Positions 49,601 through 59,953 of a stretch of DNA of 64,000 bases are shown piece after piece (within the stretch, counting starts at the first letter, position 1; every line of letters begins with the position of its first letter). The notes under the pieces are model-generated. The model was not told where the DNA came from. It saw nothing but the letters and a program-made list of their open reading frames with translations, and did no database searches. The stretch is from Macrostomum lignano. Its lineage: Eukaryota. The DNA lies in NCBI GenBank assembly GCA_002269645.1, contig NIVC01003785.1, positions 1-64,000 on the forward strand, written 5' to 3'. Both the position numbers and the translations under genes were made by a program.

Positions 49601-52600
49601 ATATGGATGGGTGGGGGATTCTTTGGATATGGATGGGTGGGGGATTCTTTGGATTTGGATGGGTGGGGGATTCTTTGGATATGGATGGGTGGGGGATTCT
49701 TTGGATATGGATGGGTGGGAGATTCTTTGGATATGGATGGGTGGGGGATTCTTTGGATATGGATGGGTGGGGGATTCTTTCGATGGGGACTCTGTGAATG
49801 AGGGACTCTTTTAATAGGGATTCTTTTGAAGGGGATTCTTTGCATGTGAGATGTTATGGATGGGCAATGCATTGGATGGGAAATTCTTCAGATAGGAGAA
49901 TTCCTTGAATGGGGAATTCTTTGGATCCGGGATTCTATTGATAGGGGTTCTTTGGATGGGAGACTTTTTGATATGGATGGAGGTCGAGGATTTTTTGGAT
50001 AGGGATGGATAGGGGGATTCTTCGGATCGGGGATTCTATCGATGGGGGTTCTTTGGATGGGGATTCTCTGCATGTAAGATTCTATGGATGGGCAATTCTT
50101 CAGATAGGAGAATTCCTTGAATGGGGAATTCTTCGGATCGGTGATTCTATCGATGGGAGGTTTTTTGGATGGCGGATTCTTTGCATGTGAGATTCTTTGC
50201 ATCGTGGATTTTATGGGTGGTGTATTCTTTGGATGAGGGATTCTTTGTATGGGAGATTCAGTTGGGTGAAATTTTATTGCGTGGGAAAACTGTGGCTGGA
50301 GTTTGGACGGAAAGCCTCAACGGGAGTTGGAATTGGCTAGCTGAGGAAATTGCTTCATTAATCTTGCTGGGGGTACTTTCTACCAGGGGTTGCTTGCTAT
50401 CGGAAGGACGCTTGCTCTTGGGGTATGCTTGCTCGGAAGAGAATTTTAAGATGTCAAGATTTACAAGGGGAATTATTGAGATACATGTATAAAATCTTAC
50501 CTTGGGGAATTAATGACATGTGAAGGCTTAAGTGGGACTTGCTGAGATGCCAAGGCTTGTGGGGGGAATTGCTGAGGTGTGAAGGCTTAAAAAGGAATTG
50601 CTGAGGTCTTAAGTCTCGGGGAGGGGAATCGCTAAGATGTCAAGACTTACTAGAGGAATTACTGAGATATGAAGGCTTACTGGGAGAATTACTGAGATAT
50701 CAAGGCTTGGGGAGGGGAATTACTGAGATGTCAAGGCTTTGGACGGGGAGAAATTGGTAACATGTCAAGGCTTGCGCCGGAATTGCTTAGATGTCAATGC
50801 TTGGGGAAAATTTCTGAGGTGTCGAGGCTTGGGGAAATTGCTGAGATGTTAAGTCTTGGGGGAATTCTATGGATTGATGATTCTTTGGATGAGGGATGCT
50901 TCTAATGGATAAATTTGAATAGGTGATTCATTGGGCAATTTCTTCGGTGGGGCATTGTTTCGATTGAGGGTTTTTTGAATGGGGGATTCTTTAGATGAAT
51001 GATTCTTTAGATGGGGGTTATTTGAACGGGGGTTCTTTAGATGAGGGGATTCTGGATTCTTTGGCCAATTATGCTTTTGATGGGGGATTATTTAAGGATG
51101 TGAATTATTTAGAGGGGGGATTTTTTGGAGAAGGAATTTTTTGGATATGGATGGTTAAGGTGATTATTTAGATAGGAATGGATGGGGAAATTCTTTGGAT
51201 AGGGATGAATAGGAGGATTCTTGGGATAGGGATGGATGGGGGATTGTTTAGATAGGGATGGATGGGCGATTCTTTGGATAGGGATGGGTGGGGGGATTCT
51301 TTGGATAGAGGGTTTCTGTGGATGAGGGATTTCTTGAATAAGGGATTTATTGGACGGGGAATTCTTCAGATGGGAGGATTCCTTGAATGGGGAATTCTTC
51401 GGATCGGGGATTCTATCAATGGGATGGGATGGGGATGGGACGGGAAGGATTGGTATTCTTTGCATGTGAGATTCTATGGATGGGCGATTCATTAAATAGG
51501 GAATTCTACAGATAGAGGATTCCTTGAATGGGGAATTCTTCGGATCGGGGATTCTGTCGATGGGAGGTTCTTTGTATGGGATTCTTTGGATGAGGGTTTT
51601 TTGCACGTGAGATTATTTGCATCAGGGACTTTATGGATTAGAGATTCTTTGGATGGGGGGGGTTCAGTTGGGTGAATTTCTTTTGCGTGGGAAAACTTTG
51701 GTAGGAGTTCTGACGGAAAGCCCCAACGGGGGTTGGAATTGGCTAGTCCTATATACTAAAAATGAAAATCTTGCTTGTTTGTACGCAATCGATTAGAGAA
51801 AAAATGGCTTAACCGATTTTCATGAGACTTGCACTGTTCGATCAGAAATTTTCCCGTGACGGTACATGCATCTTGGCTAAGAAATTGCTCCATGTTAAAG
51901 CGATTAAATATTCGAAAAACATGCTTTTTTGCAAAGGTCAAGCAAACTTTTCGACTTGAAATGCATTGTAAGAATGCTAGAGAAAAAACTGACTGGTTGA
52001 ATTCTGATTCTGAAATAAATTGCATCATAAATGAATTGTAACTCCGACTTGAATTGCGTCACAGTATTGAAAATGCAGTGTGGAAGCGTAGCACCAGACG
52101 TGATTTAGATTGCGTAACCATATTGTTATCTGATACTGACTGACTGAGAAACTGATTATGTCATAACTGCTTCGTGTGATTTACTCTATGCTTGGATTTT
52201 AAACTGTTGAATTATATATATATAAGGGCAAAATTTGATGTTATCAAAACGATGAGAGCTAGCCTAGAGGTTAGCAAACTGAACTGCTAAATGCAGCGAC
52301 GATGGTTCGAATTTTCATAGAGTATAATTTTTTTAATTAAAGCTTTTCAATGTCAGGAAAACTAAAAGACTTTTTAAAAAGAAGCGTCATGTAAAAATCA
52401 TAGAAGCGTCATGTAAAAAATCGTGGAAGCGTCATTTAAAAAATCATAGAAGCGTCATTTAAAAAATCATGGAAGCGTCATATAAAAATCATAGATGCGT
52501 CATTTAAAAAATCATAGATGCGTCATTTAAAAAATCATAGAAGCGTCATGTAAACAATCATAGAAGCGTCATGTAAACAATCATAGAAGCGTCATGTAAA

Positions 52601-55600
52601 CAATCATAGAAGCGTCATGTAAAAAATCGTAGAAGCGTCATGTAAACAATCATAGAAGCGTCATGTAAAAAATCATAGAAGCGTCATGTAAAAAATTATA
52701 GAAGCGTCATGTAAAAAATCATAGAAGCGTCATGTAAACAATCATAGAAGCGTCATGTAAAAAATCATAGAAGCGTCATGTAAACAATCATAGAAGCGTC
52801 ATGTAAAAAATCATAGAAGCGTCATGTAAAAAATTATAGAAGCGTCATGTAAAAAATTATAGAAGCGTCATGTAAACAATCATAGAAGCGTCATGTAAAA
52901 AATCATAGAAGCGTCATGTAAACAATCATAGAAGCGTCATGTAAAAAATCATAGAAGCGTCATATAAAAATCATAGAAGCGTCATTTAAAAATCATAGAA
53001 GCGTCATGTAAAAAGCATAGAAGCGTCATGTAAACAATCATAGAAGCGTCATGTAAACAATCATAGAAGCGTCATGTAACAATCATAGAAGCGTCATGTA
53101 AACAATCATAAAAGCGTCATTTAAAAAATCATAGAAGCGTCATATAAAAATCATAGATGCGTCATTTCAACAATCATAGAAGCGTCATATAAAAATCACA
53201 GAAGCGTCAAGTAAAAAATCATAGAAGCGACGGGAAGCGTCATATAAAAATCGTAGAAGCGTCATATAAAAACCATAGAAGCGTCATGTAAAAATCGTAG
53301 AAGCGTCATGTAAAAAATCATAGAAGCGTCATGCAAAAAATTATAGAAGCGTCATGTAAACAATCATAGAAGCGTCATATAAAAATCATAGAAGCGTCAT
53401 TTAAAAATCATAGAAGCGTCATGTAAAAAATCATAGAAGCGTCATGTAAACAATCATAGAAGCGTCATTTAAAAATCATAGAAGCGTCATGTAAAAAATC
53501 GTAGAAGCGTCATGTAAACAATCATAGAAGCGTCATGTAAAAAAAATCATAGAAGCGTCATGTAAAAAATTATAGAAGCGTCATGTAAAAAATCATAGAA
53601 GCGACGGGAAGCGTCATATAAAAATCGTAGAAGCGTCATATAAAAACCATAGAAGCGTCATGTAAAAAAATCATAGAAGCGTCATGTAAAAAATCATAGA
53701 AGCGTCATGTAAAAACTCAGGGAAGCGTCATGTAAAAAATCATAGAAGCGTCATGTAAAAAATCATAGAAGCCTCATGTAAAAAATCGTAGAAGCGTCAT
53801 GTAAAATATCATAGAAGCGTCATGTAAACAATCATAGAAGCGTCATGTAAAAAATAATGGAAGCGTCATGTAAAAAATCGTAGAAGCGTCATGTAAACAA
53901 TCATAGAAGCGTCATGTGAAAAAAATCATAGAAGCGTCATGTAAAAAATTATAGAAGCGTCATGTAAAAAAATCATAGAAGCGTCATGTAAACAATCATA
54001 GAAGCGTCATGTAAACAATCATAGAAGCGTCATTTAAAAATCATAGAAGCGTCATGTAAAAAATCATAGAAGCGTCATGTAAACAATCATAGAAGCGTCA
54101 TGTAAAAAATCATAGAAGCGTCATGTAAAAAATCATAGAAGCGTCATGTAAAAATCATAGAAGCGTCATGTAAACAATCATAGAAGCGTCATGTAAAAAT
54201 CATAGAAGCGTCATGTAAACAATCATAGAAGCGTCATGTAAAAATCATAGAAGCGTCATGTAAACAATCATAGAAGCGTCATGTAACAATCATAAAAGCG
54301 TCATGTAAACAATCATAGAAGCGTCATGTAAACAATCGTAGAAGCGTCATGTAAACAATCATAGAAGCGTCATGTAAAAATCGTAGAAGCGTCATGTAAA
54401 CAATCATAGAAGCGTCATGTAAACAATCATAGAAGCGTCATATAAAAAAATCATAGAAGCGTCATGTAAACAATCATAGAAGCGTCATGTAAACAATCAT
54501 AGAAGCGTCATGTAAACAATCATCGAAGCGTCATGAAATAATCATAGAAGCGTCATGTAAAAAGCATAGAAGCGTCATGTAAAAAGCATAGAAGCGTCAT
54601 GTAAACAATCATAGAAGCGTCATGAAAAAATCATAGAAGCCTCATTTAAAAACTAATGAAAGCATCATTTAAAAAATTAAGAAGCATCATGGAAGAATAA
54701 AAGAAGTGTAATGTAAAAATCAAAAGAAGCGTCATGTCAGACATGAAGGATGTCATGTAAAAATGAAATGCAGCTATAATGCTGTGCTGGGAAGAAAAAC
54801 TGAGACGTAAAGGCTCTCAGAGAATAACTGAGATTACGAAGGGGGGGGTTGTTTCTGGATCTCAAAGCAAAAGTCAGAAGCTACTTCAAAGTTCATGTAC
54901 TTTACTCAATTTTTTATTGCATTCTTTGTTGGCTCGCCATGGGGGGTGCTGATAGAAGAAGAGTCATGTAAAAAATAAAAGTAGCACTATGTATACATAA
55001 AAGACAAGTCATGTCGAAGTTAAAAGATTCATTTGGGAATTGCTACGATGTCAAAGCTTGGTGGAAATCGTTATAGTGCTGTGATTCTTAAAGAAGGAAT
55101 CACTAAAATGTCAAGGCTTAGGGGAGAAGAATTGCTGAGATTTCAAGGCTTTAGGTTGGGTTAAAGTTAGGTTTAGGTCAGGTGTGGGTTGAGGGTTATA
55201 TTTTATCGGGTTTCAAGGTTAACAGTGGATTTTTTAGATTTCAAGGTTTATGGGGGCCATCGCTGACATGTCAAAGCTTACGGACGGGGGGGGAATAGCT
55301 GAGATGTCAAGGCTCACGGGGGTATAAATGAGATTTCAAGGCTAAAGTCAGAAGCTACATGTAGTTTATTGAAAACTTTTTATTACATTATTTGATGCCT
55401 CCTCAGGCGAGGGATCGCTGATAAAAAAAGCGTTATGTAAAAAATAAAAGAAGCTTATCGCTATAATGCTGTAGTAGTGCTATAATGACTCTTAGAGAGA
55501 ATTACTGAAATTTCAATGATTTAGGGTTAGGTTAGGGTTAGGGTTAGGGTTAGGGTTAGGGTTAGAAGGTTGACAGATATTTTTAGATTTCCAAGGCTTA

Positions 55601-57374
55601 TTGGGGGCATTGCTGAGATGTCAAGGGGGGAAGTTGATATGTTAAAGCTGGGGGGGGGGGGAATTACTGACATGTCAAGGCTTACAAGGTTTGACAGGAG
55701 ATTTTTTAAGATTTCAAGGATACATGTAGCTTATTAAAAAAACGTGTATAGCATTTCTTTGGCTCCCCAACGGGGGGCGTAGATTGCTAGTAAAAACTAA
55801 AAATTAGTTAAAGCCAGACATTCTTCAAATTAAAATTTCTTCCCTCAAAGCCAGCCAGTTGCATAGAACTCAGGCCTGAATAAACTCAAACAACAGACTC
55901 ACCGTGTTAGCAAAGTTGACAACTTCTTTCGCTACTTTTATGGCGCCGTCTGAATTTCTAGAAAAGTGGCCATCCTACAGTGCATGGTTTGTGAGTCAGT
56001 TTGCAGTCGGACTTGAGAGCTGCCAACCAAAGAGTCTAGAAGTCATGCCAAGTCAGCTGGCCCCTGAGCACGCACTCAAAACGGGTGTGTACAGCGGCCC
56101 CTGACTTCTCATCGCGTCAGGCATACACACACTCCTCGCCCTTGTGAGTTGGACCTTGCGGAATCGAACCAAGGACCAAGGTCCAAGTAGAAGGACGGGA
56201 AACTAGGTAACTTTGAATTTTTTAGGAGGCAGTCTTTAAGAAATACATGACGGAGAATGAAGGTTTCATTTTTCAGCAAAAAAATTGTTATTGCTTTTCG
56301 CATAGGAGAGACCCAAAGTTCATCTTTTGATATGTCCTACCTTTCTGATAGTTCTGTTGATATTCACAGAGCATTTCGTTTAGAAAATTTGGCTTTTATG
56401 TCTTACAGATATTTTACAGATGGCACAACTCGACTCATTGGTATTATGAATCTTTTTTATCATTCTGTTACACATCTTGTTACACAGTCACAAGGCAAGA
56501 CAGAATATGTGGGTATCTTACCAATCCTTTGTCCAAGTAGAGATGCAGCTGAATAATGTAGGGACCATTTTTTGTCAGGAATCTGAACTGCTGGCTGAGG
56601 CCAACGCTAACGTGAAGTAGTTGAAACCTGTCCTTTAAAGGCTTTTTAAATTCGCGCATAGTTGCTCTGCGGACACGTCTGAGCGGCTGAAACTGAAATG
56701 CCGTGTTGCGTCACTGAGCATGCGAGGTTATGAGCGAGTTCACGAGTGACATATGATCAAAGCAAGGACGGGAAATCTCGTCTATTAGAAAACATTTGGG
56801 GGCTGCTCTGCGCCAAAAATATACTTTGTACACTACGGAGATAGCACATAAAAGCGATTAATTTTTTCATTGGTTTTTCATTGGTTTCTTCTGTAAAAAC
56901 GTTCTTATGAAGGTGTATTTAAAATTGTACATGCCTTCTTCTATTTAAAGTAAAAATTCATAAAAAATATGACTGGGAAGCTTTTTTTAACAAATAAAAG
57001 ACTTGATTTGAATCCCGTCTCTCTCCTTTAATCGTCTTTGGATCAATGTTCTCTATGTTGAAGATCTACATTTATGCATCAAAATGCAGGTGCATAGATG
57101 CTAGTTAAATAGTCACACCTAATAAATTTTGCACTCACCATTTCTGACGATTTCAAAGGCTCTGGTAAATAGGTGTCTTCTAAAGAGTGAAAAAATTAGT
57201 GTTTAGATTGGTTTATATCAAAACGTTTGACGTACGATATGTTGTGCCATAAAATCGAAATTACTAAATTATAATCGGCAAAAGTATACTGTCACCTTCT
57301 TGGCCTGATGCGATGGTAAGCAGAGTAATCAACGTTACGACTGAAGCGCAATAGAAGGCAAGCGTCCAACGCAT
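43612..57374 (-). CDS. ADAM-like metalloprotease-disintegrin, paralog C (535 aa); exons 57374-57296, 57179-57139, 56686-56522, 55974-55903, 47102-46924, 46560-46467, 45205-44938, 44694-44451, 44077-43612
   Basis: MRWTLAFYCASVVTLITLLTIASGQE|EDTYLPEPLKSSEM|PLRRVRR...; AKEVVNFAN; LLKPFN; HELSHRIGASHD with CLM; disintegrin; tail LWLAVASTVVLVSVLLPS*. Exons sum to 1608 nt, with an 8.8-kb intron at 47103-55902. Confidence 0.88.
45320..46390. repeat. 21-bp minisatellite GGTCGCTAA(A/G)GAATTACCAAT in three variant blocks, ADAM-C intron
   Basis: About 50 copies in blocks of TCGTCAAT/TCAACAAT, TCCTCTAG and TTACCAAT variants. Confidence 0.97.
46615..46830. repeat. 12-bp repeat CTCATGAACTCA, ADAM-C intron
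   Basis: Direct inspection. Confidence 0.9.
47245..47685. mobile_element. MITE-like element, ~445 bp, copy 2
   Basis: High identity to 40735-41183, with similar TIRs. Confidence 0.8.
47770..51746 (+). mobile_element. Non-autonomous Helitron-like element 1 (composite; internal bypassed end at 50340)
   Basis: Starts A|TCTAAATATACTAAA; ends with hairpin CCCCAACGGGG then ...GGCTAG (51743-51746); a second hairpin plus CTAG at 50313-50340; its 5' ~1 kb is homologous to 51747-52380. Confidence 0.65.
49200..51650. repeat. Degenerate GGATTCTTTGGAT(A/G)...GGATGGG repeats (two duplicated blocks) inside Helitron 1
   Basis: Cleanest ~26-bp units at 49500-49780; block ~49080-50340 is paralleled by ~50840-51746. 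Confidence 0.85.
52380..54660. repeat. ~23-bp satellite TAGAAGCGTCATGTAAA(A/C)AATCA, ~100 copies, inside Helitron 2
   Basis: Direct inspection. Confidence 0.98.
55525..55565 (+). repeat. Interstitial (TTAGGG)n telomere-type repeat, ~7 units
   Basis: TTAGGGTTAGGTTAGGGTTAGGGTTAGGGTTAGGGTTAGGGTTAG. Confidence 0.9.
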
Positions 57375-57643
57375 GACTTGGTCTGCAGCATAAGACGCGA
57401 ATTAGCCGAACACTAAGCGTATTAACGTTAATGCTTGATAATTTTCTGTTGCTATATAAAAATATCTAACTGGAGCAGCCATAGAGTATTCCTATCCAAT
57501 TTGCAGGGCAGGAATGTGAAAGAAATCTTCAATCCTTTTAGTGTAAAAGAAACAGCGCGTTTTTGCCATAGACAACTGAATATATTTTAGCGCAAAAATT
57601 GAATAAACTATAGACAATTAAAGAACACGAAATACTTATTAAC

Positions 57644-58501
57644 CAGTTAGTAAGTTACGATGGATGGTATTTTCATATTGTCAAATTTAATATAATAAAC
57701 TAATAATTAGATAATATAGTAGCGCGAAAAACTTGCGAGATTAGCCATTCCGTACGTTAGGATGGTGTTTTTAAATTTCCATTTAAATAGTGAACAAATT
57801 GCTAACAAAAACTTGTCTTGTGTGAGTAATGACTCACCTGCAAATGTCTGGTCAATCACTCACTTATAATAAAAATTGAAGGTACAATTATTTTAAAAGG
57901 CCCAACCAACTGTTGAGGCTGGCCAGTTAGAGTACCCGTCGCCGTCGCACCTTCTGACACGTTGGGAGATGCCAGATTGACACTGACAGTCGGAACCGTG
58001 GCCGGAGCATCGCAGATCTGAACACTATCAATGCGATTTTCCGGGTGAAGACACTCACTGAGACAATTGGATAGCTTCTGCTTCTTCTCGGAACTGATCC
58101 TATTTGTGTAACGTTGTACAGACTCGGCGCTCTTGTGTCCAGTTACAGCCTGAATGTCTTGGACAGAAACTTGGACAGATAGTATTTCTATTTTAATAAA
58201 ATTCAAGATATTTAGCAGAGAAACTGAAATTACAGTAAACTTGAGACATATACGAAGCATTAACCCGTGAATTTTACCACTGGACATCGGCAGCGGGCAG
58301 GAAATGAAAATTCGAAAAGATTCACACTCAAATAGTATGGAGTTACCATAGACCGGGCAGGAAATGGCGTTTCTGCCCGCCCTTGCAAATTAGGGTAGGA
58401 ATAGCGATATCATAGACCTTGTGAGGACAGAAAGATGGAGAATCCGAGGGTCGCGAAGCGGCCGTGAATGGTTTATTCACAAATACTCGTAACTTTAACT
58501 G
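57644..58501 (-). mobile_element. Crypton-like remnant carrying a tyrosine-recombinase C-terminal exon (~58169-57856)
   Basis: VSVQDIQAVTGHKSAESVQRYTNRISSEKKQKLS fits the I-x-x-x-TGH(K/R)S-x-x-S-x-x-x-Y tail of Crypton/DUF3504 recombinases; short inverted ends CAGTTA(GT)AAGTTACGA at 57644-57660 and 58487-58501. Confidence 0.6.
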
Positions 58502-58889
58502 CTAGGTTGGTAGGTCGTTTGAGAACGACAACAAACAAACGCAAAGCTTGGGAACAAACGTAGACGTTCGCTGTCACTAACTGAATCTGGGGCGCCCGGC
58601 ATCAGCCAGAAGCCAGTCGATGAAACGCCGAGTGCGCACCTCTTCCGAGTTCTCTTCGGAAGTGGTTGGTTAGTCAGTTTGCACTTTTATAAGGCAAGGC
58701 GACGTTTGACCTGCAGTCAGCGAGGAGGCAGTCAGTCATGCCCATTCCGCTAACCACTGAGCACTTATATACGCACACATAAGTAAGCAGGCACGCATTT
58801 ATGGTGTACAGCTCTCTGTCTTGTGTTTGACCCCATGGGAGAGAATCGCATAACAATGTGTGAGGTTGCCTGCCAGATGGAGTCACCAA

Positions 58890-59410
58890 CAGTCTCTCTC
58901 CCGTCAAACCTCATCAGTGCAGTCCTCTCCCGTCAAACCTCATCAGTGCAGTCCCTCTCCCGTCAAACCTCATCAGTGCAGTCCCTCTCCCGTCAAACCT
59001 CATCAGTGCAGTCCCTCTCCCGTCAAACCTCATCAGTGCAGTCCCTCTCCAGTCACACCTCATCAGTGCAGTCACACTTCTGTCAACCTCATCAGTGCAG
59101 TCCCTCTGTCAACCTCATCAGTGCAGTCCCTCTCCAGTCAACCTCATCAGTGCAGTCCACTCTGTCAACCTCATCAGTGCAGTCCCTCTGTCAACCTCAT
59201 CAGTGCAGTCCCTCTCCAGTCAAACCTCATCAGTGCAGTCCCTCTGTCAAACCTCATCAGTGCAGTCCCTCTGTCAAACCTCATCAGTGCAGTCCCTCTC
59301 CCGTCAAACCTCATCAGTGCAGTCCCTCTCCAGTCAACCTCATCAGTGCAGTCACATCTCCGTCAAACCTCATCAGTGCAGTCCCTCTCCAGTCACACCT
59401 CATCAGTGCA
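58890..59410. repeat. ~30-bp minisatellite CCTCATCAGTGCAGTCCCTCTCCCGTCAAA
   Basis: About 18 copies with length variants. Confidence 0.95.
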
Positions 59411-59953
59411 TTCACATTCTGTCACACCTTATCAATAGAATTCTTCCTCAGTTATACCTAATTAGTTAAAGTTCGTTCTCAATTTTTTTTCAACATTTAA
59501 TATCAAATTTAGGTCTACTTAATAGCTGGTAAATTGATCTAACTTAATTTTGATTTTTGCTTTTCAGAGTCTTCATATGTAATCGTACAATTTTAGAAAA
59601 TACATGATTTCTGTGGGCTGTCGACAGCTTTATTTTCCTTGCTAAGCAGCATAAAATAACGTCTTTATATTTTATTCAAAAGCATTTTTTTATTTACTAA
59701 TTGCTTGCTTGTTCGAAGGCAAACAATTTTGGCATAAAAACAGCTGCATTGAAGATGCGGCAATAAAAAAAGCGATTTGAGTGCCCGGTAAGAGCAAAAA
59801 ACTAAAATAAGGATCTCTCTTGAGATGCAGCAAGAAAGAGAAAGCTGCAATGGGCGAAACAAGCTCCTCAAAATTGAGCATAATGACAGAGGAGAAATCT
59901 GAAAGGACCTTTAAAGAAGCAAGAGTTTCTCGAACTGCTTAACGCCTCAATAT

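Larger units (their letters stand above)
51747..55790 (+). mobile_element. Non-autonomous Helitron-like element 2
   Basis: Starts TCCTATATACTAAAAATGAAAATCTTGCTTGTTTGTACGC...AACCGATTTTCATG (a HINE-like 5' end) directly after the CTAG of element 1; ends GCTCCCCAACGGGGGGC hairpin then GCTAG|T. Confidence 0.7.

Noticed and set aside
55525-55565. Chromosome end or telomere-addition site
   Set aside because: Only ~7 units, internal to a Helitron-like element and an intron, with gene exons on both sides.
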